A stretch of 63,605 nt of DNA, counting the filler, from Reticulomyxa filosa (Eukaryota > Protista > Foraminifera), in the NCBI GenBank assembly GCA_000512085.1. It is 18 parts of 18 records of this genome, joined end to end, with 100 filler letters (N's around TTAATTAATTAA, not from the genome) between each part and the next. Parts side by side here need not be neighbours in the genome. Positions count along the whole stretch, not along the records: positions 38,961 to 39,960 come from ASPP01044143.1; positions 40,061 to 42,979 come from ASPP01024726.1; positions 43,080 to 46,684 come from ASPP01004920.1; positions 46,785 to 52,778 come from ASPP01008371.1; 14 more parts are not named here. One strand, 5' to 3'. Positions 39,075 to 51,243 of this stretch are shown one piece after another. Positions within the stretch are counted from its first letter, which is position 1. Each line of letters opens with the position of its first letter. The position numbers and the translations under genes were made by a program. Under the pieces are notes generated by a model. That model saw only the letters and a program-made list of their open reading frames with translations. It was not told where the DNA came from and did not search any database.

Positions 39075-39960
39075 CTACCCCCAAATACGAACAGGGCCAT
39101 TGGCAGAACCATAACATAGACTGATATTACTATTACTTTTGGTTTTCTTCTTTGACTCTAAAAATTTAAGACATATTATTCCACGACTTTCTTTGATTAC
39201 ATACAATTCTTTCTTATTTGATCGAATATCCCAAAAACGAATTGTATTATCCAATGATCCAGAACATATCACATTAGAAATACCACCAATTTCGCTATTA
39301 TCTACTACAAATGGTGAATATCCAACAGACATTATACTATGTAAATGTCCATTAAATAATCGAATTTGTTGACCAGATCGAATATCCCATAAACGAACAG
39401 TTGTGTCTTGTGATCCAGATAATATCATATCTCTTAATTCACTTGATCCATACTTTACACTAAACACAAAACCATTATGTCCTTTGAATAAAATAAATTG
39501 TTTAGTTGTTTCAATATCCCATAAACGAATACTATTGTCCAATGACCCAGAACAAATGGTATAACCATTACCACCAATCACGCCCATACTATTACTTTTA
39601 TTATTGTCATTACTTTGCAATGGTGAAATATCCACACACCAAATCCGATTTTCATGTCCATTAAAAACATGTAATGATTTGGGTGTTTCAATGTCCCATA
39701 AACGAATTGTTTTGTCAGACGATGCAGAACACAAATATTTACCACCATTAAATGGTGAAAATTCAATTCCATTAATCGAGTTTATGTGTTCGTCAAATAC
39801 TTTCACTTGTCGATTATCTTTGATATCCCAAAAGCGAATAGTTTTATCATATGATGAAGAACAAATAACATTACGACGATTACTATAACGGTGATATGAT
39901 GAAAATTTTACACATAATACAGAGCTTGAATGACCGTTGAATAATTGAATTTGTTTGTTA
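39075..39960 (-). CDS. WD40-repeat protein (lineage-expanded family), 3' part
   Basis: Repeats of FNGH...CSGSLDNTIRxWD, including the family-typical GVIGGNGYTICSGS insertion; ends GPVRIWG*. Confidence 0.9.
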
Positions 39961-40105
39961 NNNNNNNNNNNNNNNNNNNNNNNNNNNNNNNNNNNNNNNN
40001 NNNNTTAATTAATTAANNNNNNNNNNNNNNNNNNNNNNNNNNNNNNNNNNNNNNNNNNNNCATATTTTCAATTCATTCATTCATTTATTAATTGATACAA
40101 AAAAG

Positions 40106-41322
40106 ATGCGGGAAGTGTCAACAAGTGATGAAATATCTATCAAATCGACTGCCTCCAAAGTTGTACTGCAGTACGTGCCAAGACGTATACCGTCTGCCAA
40201 TTGGCGAGTTATTTCCAAGTCAAGTCACATGTCCTCTGTGCGATTTTGAAATTGTCAAATTCGCCGAAAAAGAACGCTCCTTTTCTCGTAGTCGTCCTTC
40301 GGGGACCACGTCAGAAAGACGTTTACATTTTGTCCCCATTGCTATGCCTCTCCTCCTGGGACCTCCGATGAACAAGAGCATGTCCCTCAAGACGCAGATA
40401 CGGGCACAGATACAGGCACAGATACAGGCACAAAGGGCAAAGATACAGGCACAAAGGGTAAAGATAAAGCGGCAACGAAAACCAAAAAATCTAACAAAAA
40501 ACCACTGACCGAAGAGGAAATTTGTGAAATCAATATTGAAAACTTGAGCGTTGGAATGAGTTGCAATCGCTGTTGGAAAAGCGATTGTCAGCTATCTGCA
40601 AAGAATAACTTCATCAAACCTTGCGACCGCTGCAACAAGACCAACACAAATGACACCGATTTCGATTATTCCGTTAGCACACACAATTACAAATACTATG
40701 TCCTCAATCCCATGTCCAAATGGAACATTTCCTGCAACAATCCGAGATGTACTAATGCCATTCAATTCAGTCCCAATGCCAAGAGTTTACATTTTCTTCT
40801 TTTTTTTTTAAAAAAATAAAAATAAAAAAAATTTGCTTTGTTGTGTTTTGTAAAGGCGTAAAAATAAATACCAAACAAAATTGTCCCACTTGCAATGCCA
40901 GACTTTTGGATATCGAGTTCTTACCAGACGGAATCCCTCCTTCAATTAAAGAAAAACTCAAAGAAAGCTATGTGTTCATTGGATGCATCTTTTGCGAGGA
41001 AGGATTCAAAGAAATTTCGCAACGCAATATCTCATTGAGTCTGACGTACCCTTCTGCTCAAGACACTTTCGGATTCCAAGGACAAGACACCATGGGAGAG
41101 GAAGAGCAAGAATTTCATGAAAGAGGGCCGGGAGGCCGTTCAAGACCAAGAGGAAGAGGAAGGGGAATAGGACGAGGCAGAAGAGGAGGAAGTAGAGGAA
41201 GAGGAGGAAGTCGTGGTCGAGGCAGAGGCAGAGGCAGAGGAGGTGGAAGAGGGAGGGGAAGAGGAAGAGGCAGGGGTAGAGGTAGAGGAAGAGGAAGAGG
41301 CAGAGGACGCGGTGGGTATTGA
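40106..41322 (+). CDS. TOP3B: DNA topoisomerase III beta, C-terminal zinc fingers and RGG tail; frameshift near 40300-40320; intron 40785-40855
   Basis: RCGKCQQVMKY..LYCSTCQDVYRLP..CPLCDFEIV, FCPHCYASPP, GMSCNRC, WNISCN, CPTCNARLLDIEF and IGCIFC occur in the same order as in the TOP3B C-terminus, followed by an RG/RGG tract. Confidence 0.85.
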
Positions 41323-41987
41323 GATTAATTATAAAAATGTTCTTTTTCATTAATATTTTTCTTTCCCCCCCAAGTGATGTTCGTGAAAATGACTTATTTT
41401 GTGAGAATTTTGGTAAAATCTACTGAATTTGTTGTTAGCATCAAAATCTTTATTCAATCACTTTTCATGCAAAAAACAATTACTTCTCAACTCTTTTGTA
41501 AATTTTCATTAAAAAAAAAAAGCACCTGACTGTTTTGAAACTAACAAGATTGTTTTGTCAGGTCATGTCAAAGAAAAGTAAGAATTACCTAAAAGCTATC
41601 ATGTAAAGTTTTAATATTTGTTCTGGCTTGATATCCATTAATATCAGTAATTTTTGAGACATTATTTGTGTTGAAAGTCGCACTACAGATCCTTACTTTA
41701 GCTTAATATTAGATCAGTACCTCCATCAAGTTGATGGAACGGCCCTCTAGGTGACTGGTGAGAAAAAAAAGATTGCAACAAAAGATTTTATCAACACATA
41801 CTGCAAAACAAAATTCTTTAAAAAATCGAACATGAACCCGATCATTTTAACCCACGCCCAAGCAATTACTCGAAAGAAAATGTCAAATTCAAACTTCTGT
41901 ACAATTAATTGATGGTTTCCATCTCTTGTTTCACTTTGTCTTGTTTTTTTATTAACGTGCAAAAAAAAAAAGTAAAACATGACAAGT

Positions 41988-42935
41988 TTAGTCTTCCTTG
42001 GATGTTTGTATGCTATCAGTCGAATCGATTTTTGTTATTTTGCGTGTACCTATATACAAAAGTGTCATAATAAATTAAAAATATGACACATTATGGCATA
42101 CCACATTCGTGCACATAATATATATATATGTATATATAACTTTTTTTGTTATCAATTTCTTTCAATGCTCTTGTCCCCGTTTTGGTTTGTTGTAATTGTG
42201 CTCGAAGTAGTTCTTCAACAAGGTTCATTTTTGTGGATAATTGTTGATATTGTTGAAAAGATACTTGTGTATTTGTAGCGCCAATACCAGCAGCAGCCGA
42301 AGAAGGTGCAGCGACACCTATTGTTGCCAAACGAGTTTCCATATCGGTTTGCTGTTTCTTTTCTTCAGCTTCTTTCATCAAAGCTTCCCATTCTTTTTCG
42401 GATAATTTTCCGTTTTTATCTTTGTCATGTTCATCAATAAACTTTTGTGCATCTTCGACAGTCCATCCTGTTTTGTTTGCCAACTCGTGTGCGTCTAGTT
42501 GTCCATCTCCATCTTCATCCAAATCAGCAAGCGCCACGTTTCTTAGATTTTTAAAGATTTGTTGTATTCGCGCCATAGCTCCTCGCATTCCAAAGAATCC
42601 CAAGCTAAGTTTATCTTCTTCGCTCATTTCTTCAATTGTCTCGCCATAGGCTTCGGACAAAATAGCGATGAACACATTGGTTAGCACCAAGAGCATTAAG
42701 ATGGACCACGCCACGTAATACACAGACCCCCATGTACGACTGCTCAGTTGCAAGGCATCATAATTTACATCTCCAATCACAAATCGAATCATATTGAAGA
42801 ATGCAAATATCAATGATCGAAAGTCATCGACATCACTGGAAAAAGCCATAAATCCGCAGAAGCCAAATCCAAAGAAGAATATTACCAAGACGAGTATAAA
42901 CATGAGTAAGTCTTGTCCAGCTTTGCCTAAGTTGT
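41988..42935 (-). CDS. Polycystin-2-like (TRPP) channel: S5-pore-S6, two EF-hands and coiled coil; 5' truncated; last exon ~42049-41988
   Basis: FRSLIFAFFNMIRFVIGDVNY and LLVLTNVFIAILSEAY match the PKD2 pore and S6. EF loops DEDGDGQLDAHE and DKDKNGKLSEKE. Confidence 0.85.
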
Positions 42936-43542
42936 CAAATAATAATAATAATAAAAATTATATTTACAATATAAATATANNNNNNNNNNNNNNNNNNNNN
43001 NNNNNNNNNNNNNNNNNNNNNNNTTAATTAATTAANNNNNNNNNNNNNNNNNNNNNNNNNNNNNNNNNNNNNNNNNNNNGCTATGACGTGCTTTTCTGAT
43101 TCTACTCTTTGATACTTGGAGAGTTCGTCCCACACTTTGTCCGTTCCATACTGCACACTACTTTCTAACACATCTCGAAACGAAAATTGAAAAGCACGTT
43201 TTGCCATCCACTCGTTTCTGGCTTTTTCAAACACTCCCCTTTTTGTTCTTCGGTTGTCTAGACTTACTAATACTAAAAGATTTCACATGAAAATTACTTA
43301 ACATTACTTTTTTTGTCATACATTTTTCATATATAAAAAAAAAAAAAGTAAATTAATAAATTATTTTGAAGGAATATATGTGCTAATTGGTACAAATATC
43401 AAAGATTATTTATCAATTAAAAGCTCTTTCAAGTTGAGTATGCATTTTTATTTTGACAACGTCAATTTGACGCCAGAAAGGATCAAAAGCAGGTTACAAT
43501 ATTATATTTTCATCCACTTTCAATTAGTGCAAAATATTAGGC

Positions 43543-45403
43543 ATGACAGAAGATTGCCAATTTATTGAAAGAGTGAACAAAATGCTGAATACATGCAATT
43601 TACCAACTGAGTTTTCTTCACTGACTGATATCCAAGAAAATGCATCATCTGTTTGCGTTGCCGTTTTAGAACAGCTATTCCACAAAAACTCAAAGGTAAA
43701 AATCTTGTGTTTAATCATATACTTATGAACATTTTCTTCATTTAAAACTTGCAAATGATCTGAAATTACTTAACTTTCACAAGTCATTTCAATACACTAT
43801 TTTTATTTAAAGAATGCCACATTTTGTTAATATAGATATCCAATTTATGAATGTTATGTGTTGAAATAGATATCAATAGAGATCCTAAAAATCAAGCAGA
43901 TCATATACATAATGCAAGTATTTTTTTGAAAACTCTTGTCGACTTTTTAAATGCTGAGAGTACTTATATTAATTCTGCCGATCTTGGAACTGGAAAGATG
44001 GATGCTTTATTGCAAGCTATAATTATCTTGGAAAAATTGTTGTACTCACATATTCCTGGTAAGTTTAAGACTTATTTTTTTAAAATATTTGGAAATACGC
44101 AATTCATTAACTTTATCTTTTGTTGTCAACATTTTCTAAATTTATCTAAAATAGTTTTTTGCATAGTAAAATCACTATTTTAAACATTTCTTTGTGAACA
44201 CTCAAAAAATAAGCACAAAGATGTTCTGTTTGTTTGTAAATTGTCTTTTTTAAGAGAATAAAGAAAATCTTGAGGCATGGTCTTTGTCACAATCAAGTAA
44301 AGAAAATCTTACTGAAAATGGCACAAATCGAGAAAATGAAAGCCATCCATTATTTCCGCAACAAGTTCCAGAAAAAACTTTACCTTTGGACAATGCTTTC
44401 GACACCAATCAACCAGCAGTTGTAACAACGGCCAAACTAGTTGCGTACTTTAATTTAGTGAGTTACTTTCGTTAATATTAAATAAAAAAATAATACATAC
44501 AAACAAAGAACGAACAAGTCCCACTGTCAAAGGACTTATCAACGAACTCACAAAATCAAGCAGGTGATGACGATGATCAAAATCAAAGAGAGCTGGATCA
44601 AACTTTGTCACAAAAAAAGGAAAAAAAAAGCAAACCGAAAAAAAAGAGCTTTCATGAACAATTACCAAATTCTTCAAAAACGAATCTAAATAAAATCGAA
44701 AAAAAACAAAATTTCTCAACTCAAAAAAAATTAAAGAATCAGAACTTGTCTTTTCTACGAAAAAATTTTCAGTCAACACCCAAAAAAGAACCCAAAACCC
44801 GTGAACAAGCACTAATTCAGTTGCTTACAAAAAAACAGAATGAAAAAACATGCACAGATCTGAAATGGTTGTTAAAAATGGAATCAGTAATTGAACAAGG
44901 AGTATTATTACGCACTGTTAATCAAAACTTTGATGAAGAATCAACTTTGCAAAAAGTTTATCAGGAAACACAAAAACTAGAAAAAAAAATTTTACAGAGT
45001 TGTTATCAGGAATACAAAGAAAAGCTTAAACAGCTTCAAGAAGATCTAAACAACAAAACTCAGGGCATTCAAAATTTGTATGTTTCATGTTGCTTTTAAT
45101 TAGAAAAAAAAACAAAAATCCAAATGTTTTTCTTTTTTGCAAACTAGTTTCAGAGACCAGTATGATATTTTAGAACAAGAATTGGAAATGAGAAGAAAAA
45201 TAAACAAAATGGAAATACTTCATGAAAAGAAAGAGCTAAGAAGTATTAAAAAAGCCATTCAAGAAAATCGAAATAACCAACTAGAAAAATTAAGTGAGAT
45301 CATTCGAGATGTAAACACAGGTCCACAGCAAAACCAAACAAAATTTAAAAAAGCAGTGCAACAAATACTTTCTCAAAGAGGTTTAGGAACTATTCAAAAA
45401 TAA
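43543..45403 (+). CDS. Centrosomal protein CEP95-like, multi-exon
   Basis: The N-terminus (FIERVNKMLNTC...PKNQADHIHNA...YINSADLGTGKMDALLQAIIILEKLL) and C-terminus (FRDQYDILEQEL...QLEKLSEII) parallel the conserved ends of CEP95. Recognised from memory, not aligned. Confidence 0.6.
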
Positions 45404-45859
45404 AGAAAAATGTTGAAAAAGATATCTTCTAACACAAGTACGTTTTTTATGTTACTCTTTAAAATTGTTTATTTTTATTGTAATCTTTTTTAGTGTTGAT
45501 TTTTCAAAGATACGGAATGTTTTAAGTTTTACATAGTGTGACGAAAGCAGAGGGGGGGGAGGAAGGAAAGGGGGAAAAAAAGGAGATAATACTTTTTCAT
45601 CCAAAAACAAATTAAAAAACGGAAAAAAACAAAAATTATCATTAGCGCAATCAATTTGAATGTTTTTGTGTTACTTTTGATGCGTTCCAACAATCTGCAA
45701 ACAAACGCAACATTTCACACAAACGAGGGAGGAGGAGTTATTTCCATGAATTTTTCAAAATCTCAAAACTGTCCTTTTTTTTTTTTTTTTATCTCTTTCC
45801 CTTTTGAACGCATTATTGATTTATTTTTTTGGGTTTGTTTGTTTGGTAGAAAAAAATTA

Positions 45860-46582
45860 TTACTGTTGAGGATAAGACAAAGATCCCTCACTACTGTCAA
45901 TTGCTTCATCCTGATCGTGTTCTTCGGCATCACTCCACATTTTGCCTTGCAATTCAATGGCATCAGTAGTGTCGACATAAGGATCAGGAAAGTCGCTGTA
46001 AACTTTGTCATAAAAGACTTTATTTTTGCCTTGTCTTTTCCCTCGCAAGCCAACCCACAAGTGCATCTTAGCACAGCATTGGCACACTTGCAGCCAAGAC
46101 TGAAGATGTGAGTGTTTGGAGGTGTTTTTGGCACGTCGATGGAACCCACTCCAAGTGAGAATCGAAGACACAGAGGATTGTATGCCTGGGGCATAACGAG
46201 AAGGCCATGGATTATTGTGAGCATGGTTATGTCCGACATGGTCATACGAGTCATTTCCTTTGAGCTTACTCCAATTATAGCCAATGACACCCAGTGTGCA
46301 TAACACATAGCCAATCAAAGAATTGACTGTGAACTGGTGATTGAAAATGGCCCAAGAGCAAAACAATATCAAGAGTAATTTAATTCCGCCAGTCACGCAC
46401 AAAGTCAATGCACTCCATTCGCCTATCAGAATTATCTCACACCAATTCAACCCTAAGGCCAATATGGCACTCACCCAATAGCCGCCAATCATCCTCCATC
46501 CATTCTTCTCGTCTGTCCAAAGCGTTGATTCTTTCATTGTCGTCATTTCCAACCCCTTTTTTCGTTGTTTTCCATCAACCAA
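45860..46582 (-). CDS. Nucleotide-sugar/triose-phosphate transporter family (SLC35C2-like), 3' part
   Basis: TM helices with the DMT/TPT pattern: AILALGLNWCEIILIGEWSALTLCVTGGIK...IFNHQFTVNSLIGYVLCTLGVIGYN. Confidence 0.75.
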   Translation of the reverse strand: MVDGKQRKKGLEMTTMKESTLWTDEKNGWRMIGGYWVSAILALGLNWCEIILIGEWSALTLCVTGGIKLLLILFCSWAIFNHQFTVNSLIGYVLCTLGVIGYNWSKLKGNDSYDHVGHNHAHNNPWPSRYAPGIQSSVSSILTWSGFHRRAKNTSKHSHLQSWLQVCQCCAKMHLWVGLRGKRQGKNKVFYDKVYSDFPDPYVDTTDAIELQGKMWSDAEEHDQDEAIDSSEGSLSYPQQ

Positions 46583-46603
46583 TCAAACAAGTCTTTTTTT
46601 AAA

Positions 46604-46636
<33 letters not shown>

Positions 46637-47013
46637 TTATTTTGCATTTCTCGTCTTACAAACTCAAACGATTGAAATTACACANNNNNNNNNNNNNNNN
46701 NNNNNNNNNNNNNNNNNNNNNNNNNNNNTTAATTAATTAANNNNNNNNNNNNNNNNNNNNNNNNNNNNNNNNNNNNNNNNNNNNAAAAAAAAAAACACAG
46801 CAGATTTATCATGATAAACTGAGACATTCTAATAAAAAGTAAAACAAATAGTAAAAATAAAATCTAAAACCTTTCAAAAATTCAAAAAAAATTAAAACAA
46901 GATAAAAATGACTAATTGAATCTATTGTGCGTTTCAAGTATTTGAAATAAAAGGATTCAATCTAAAAAATTCTCAAATGAATTACTTACTTACTGTTTGC
47001 TAAAAAAAAGCTT

Positions 47014-49617
47014 TTATACAAGCTTTCTTTGCTGAAATGAAATGTCATAATCAATAGTGTCTTGACTTTCCACACAATACCATTCTCCACCTCCTTTTTT
47101 CTTAATATCTTCTCGAATTTCCCTTAACATCTGGCTCAAGGGATAACCAATCTTGTATTTTGAAACAACCGTATTTTTCACGCTTTCACTAAATAATGAC
47201 AAATCACCTACTTGATAGCCTTTTGTTGTTGACCATATCATTAAAAATCCATTGTCATTATGTATATTGTTTTGTTCTTTTCCTTGCTTTCCTTTTTTTT
47301 GAGTACTACTTGTACTTTGAGGAACATTACTACCACGACAGACATCAATAATAAATATCTTAGGACTATCCTTCAAAGATTCCATTTCATGAGAATTAAA
47401 TGAAGAGCGTATTTTATCTATTGATACATATTTTCCATCACTCGTTACTAATACATCTCCTTCATCACCATGTCCTGAAATTATCATTATCAGTGCATCG
47501 TACTGGTTTTTATTTTTGTGAAGCTTATGATTAAAAACCAATTCAGCCAAAAATTCATTCACATCATCTTTGTTCATCTTGGACTCTTCATTGTATACAA
47601 ATTCATAATGCAATTCTTGTTCAAATATATATTTAAAATTATTGATATCAATATCTTTGGCACTTTCGAGATTGGGCCATTTATTGTTGTCTTCATATTC
47701 ACTAATGGCAATCATTACCACCAATGCATTTTTTATTGCTTTTGTTTTTCCAATAACTAATGGTTGTTGCAATGGATTCCAAAGTATTTTAAATGTAGGT
47801 TCATTATTTTCAAACTCTCTCTTCACAGCTTCATCTGACTCAATAATATTATCTTTCATATTAATCAATTCAAGCTTTAAATGTTTATCTCTCATTTTTT
47901 GGAAATGTTTCAATTCTAAACAATTGTGACTTTGACGGAGAAGTTCTTCAAATGTCAATATTTTCATTTTGATTAATTTTTTACTCTCATCGATTATCAC
48001 ATAAGCTTTGAACTATATTATATTTCATAAAATCAAATCAAAAATAAGATTTATACATTATTACTTAACTTCTTCTTCTTCTTTGCTGTCTTGATTGGTC
48101 TATTTATCAAATAACACAAATGCAAATATCAACATGCATCGCTATAATAAGCTAAAAAAATCTAACAAAGGCAAGAAAAGCTTCAATGGAAAAACGAATA
48201 GAAGTGATATCATCTTTTGCGATTTCACATTTCCATTTACATTCATTCAATAACCATACCCCAAATTGTTCATTTGACATTGTTTTAAACTTTCCAATTA
48301 TCTCAGTTTTATCTTTTTGTTCTCTTTTATTCCACCATTCCATCCATGTTTTGTTTTTTTCCTATTTTTATTTTTTTTGTTTAACATATATATTATTAAT
48401 TTATTAATCGAAAATGAATTTTTATTTTCCAGTTACAAAGCATGCCCAACATTGGTATCTTTTTTCATTTTGTTTTGTTGTTCGTCTTTCTCTTTTTTTA
48501 CTATTTTGTCTATTTCATTTTCCTTCTTTTCTTTTTCTTTTTCCACTTTCAATTCAATTCTATTTTTCCTTTCTTCTTCATTCAGCCATTGATTCACCTC
48601 AGTTTTCATGTGTGTTGAGCTGCTTTGTTCCCCATTCAATCCTCCGATAATATGTGCATACGTGTTGTCTTCACTCAATATTGCAACACAATCATATAAT
48701 GGACTGAGTAAAGTGTTTTGAAATGTCATCCATTTATTTTCTCGAATTGAATACTTGTGCACCAATTTCGAAACGCCATTGCCATCTCCGCCAAAGAACA
48801 ACATGACATCATTGACATACACATATGCATATTTACATAATGGTGCAATATCATCACAAACAGGTAATTTATGATATCGAAAAGTATTGTTGTCTTCATC
48901 ATATTTAATTAATAATCCTGTTTGTTGATGAAACAGAAACATTTGAAAATTGTGTTTATTTTTTTCTTTATTTGTTTTCATCATCATTTCTTGTCCTTGT
49001 CTACTTTCTGACTTTGATACAAAGCAATGATAAAATATTACATATATCGAAATCGGTAAAGCATCGCCTTTGATAAATTGAAATGTACTTAAATCAAACA
49101 CACTAATATTATTTGGATAATAAGTGATAAACAACAAATGATTTTTGCTTCCACCAATCAATGCACGCACTCCTACATAATCATCTTCATCTCTTCCAAT
49201 AATAATTGGATAATTGTGATTGTCTGTGAAAGGAACCCATTTATTGTAATTACTTGATTTGCTTGCTTTATTCACTTCATTGTCATTGTTGTCATTACTC
49301 CACACACTCACATATTTCATCACCAATGTATGCTTTTTTATACACGAAGATCCGCCAAAAGACAACAAAGTAATTTGGTTGCTGTCTTTGTTGTTATCTA
49401 CTAGCTTCACTACACAGTGCCCATTTAATGCGATATCACTTGGATACTCACATATAAACTTGTATTCGTTTTTGAGTGTATTATAAGAATAGCAACATCT
49501 TTTCCCTCGACCGCCACAAACGAGGAGTTCATGTTTGTATTGCACACATTGAGATTGATCAAGTGGGGTAGGCAAATCCTTCAAACCTTGAAAAAGAGCT
49601 GTGCTCTGATTACCCAT
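47014..49617 (-). CDS. Kelch-propeller / caspase-family (C14) protease fusion, complete ~796 aa; exons 49617-48451, 48361-48167, 48099-48070, 48012-47014
   Basis: Three phase-0 GT-AG introns give one open frame. N-terminal Kelch repeats; C-terminal caspase fold (NALVVMIAISEY, catalytic IISGHG and KIFIIDVCRG, p10-like GFLMIWSTTKGY...SLF). Confidence 0.85.
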
Positions 49618-51243
49618 GTCGCTAATATTACTGATTTTTTTTTTTAGTGTTTTTAACTCTTTTTTTTAAAAAAAAGGAAGCGTGACAACCTTTCGAAAAA
49701 AAAAAAATCTAACAAAAAAAAGGTACGTTACATGGACGTTTTTTGTTTGGTTAATCAAACAAAAAGACTTCACATAATTTGAATAAAAACTAATCTGGTC
49801 ACGTAGTAATAAAATTAATTAAACTTTCTGTCGCATAGTAATACAAGATGGCAACATCAAACTAATAAGCAGAAATAATTATTTGCTGAAAGTATCCATC
49901 ATGTAACTATCCTTGAAGTGTTAAATGGAACTTATTTGTGCAAAAAAAAATGAAAATAGGGATAAAAGTAATTAAGGCCAAAGCTCAGCAATTAAATTTT
50001 GAAAGTAGCTTAATGATAAAATATAACTTTGTCGTCATATAATGTGCGATTTTTCATGTTTGGAAAAAGGATAATAATAGATTTTTAATCTAATGGCAAA
50101 CATAATGATAATTGATTGCCTTGTGATCGAAGCAAGTTGAACATAGAAGATCGAAAACACTAACAAATTTTTGTTTATATACCTCTTCATAGCTCAACAA
50201 TTTCTCGGTTTAAACTTGTAAATCTGTTCACTTAAACACTACTATATCAAGATCAAGATAAGATTAATTATCTCTGGTCAACAATACCTATTAAAACAAA
50301 TCAACGAAGAGATAATGTTTTCATACTGAGTAAAGCTTTGGCCAAAAAAAAAACCCAAAAGGAAAACACTAAAAAAAGTTCTGCAACTGGTTCTTGAACT
50401 GGAAAATATTTGCATGAATACAAGATTTATGAGTATTTTATTTTATAATTCTTTTCCACAATATTGAACGCATAAAATTGCAACATGAACACATTTAAAA
50501 AAATAGATTTATAGAATTGGATGGTGGCAAAATTAAGGGAGTTATTGAATCAATATATATTAGCAAAAAATAAAGAAGATATTGAAAGCTGTTCGCAATT
50601 ATTAAGTAATAGTTATTTTCCATTTGACAAAGAACTGCAAGAAAAGAATAAAATCAAAATATTCCAAAAAATTTGAACGATATTCATCAGGAAATAGCAT
50701 TAAATGATCGATACAATGTGATGTAATTGAGCCAATATTTTTGAACTAATTTCATGCAGCAATCTAAATTGTGTACATAGATATCAGAATTGAAATAGCA
50801 ATTTCGTTGACTTTGGTAATGGAAAGAAAAAATTTTCTTCAAAGTGACGACAAAAAATTTATACAGCAGTGGTTGATTCAACAGCTTTTAATGGTAAAAG
50901 GAATTATCTATCACTAACAGGATCATTTTTGGCATAATTAAAAAAAAGATGTTTGCGCAAATCATTAGCCAAAATGTTGGACACGTTGACAAAGCCAAAA
51001 TCAAAATTTGTCTATTTCAGACATAGACAAATATGATATTGTATTTTATTATTCAAGCCAAAATAATAGTTTACATCTTTTTTAAGTGAAAAGATGTACT
51101 TTATGTGAATTTATTTTATGCTATCAGAATTTTTTTGGTTTGTTAAAAAAAACACTTCAATAATTTGCTTTTGTGCTCCGTTCTTTTTGGGCAAGAATCA
51201 ATGCAAAAAAAAAGCAAGACAAGCAAAAAGCATTTCATTTGTT

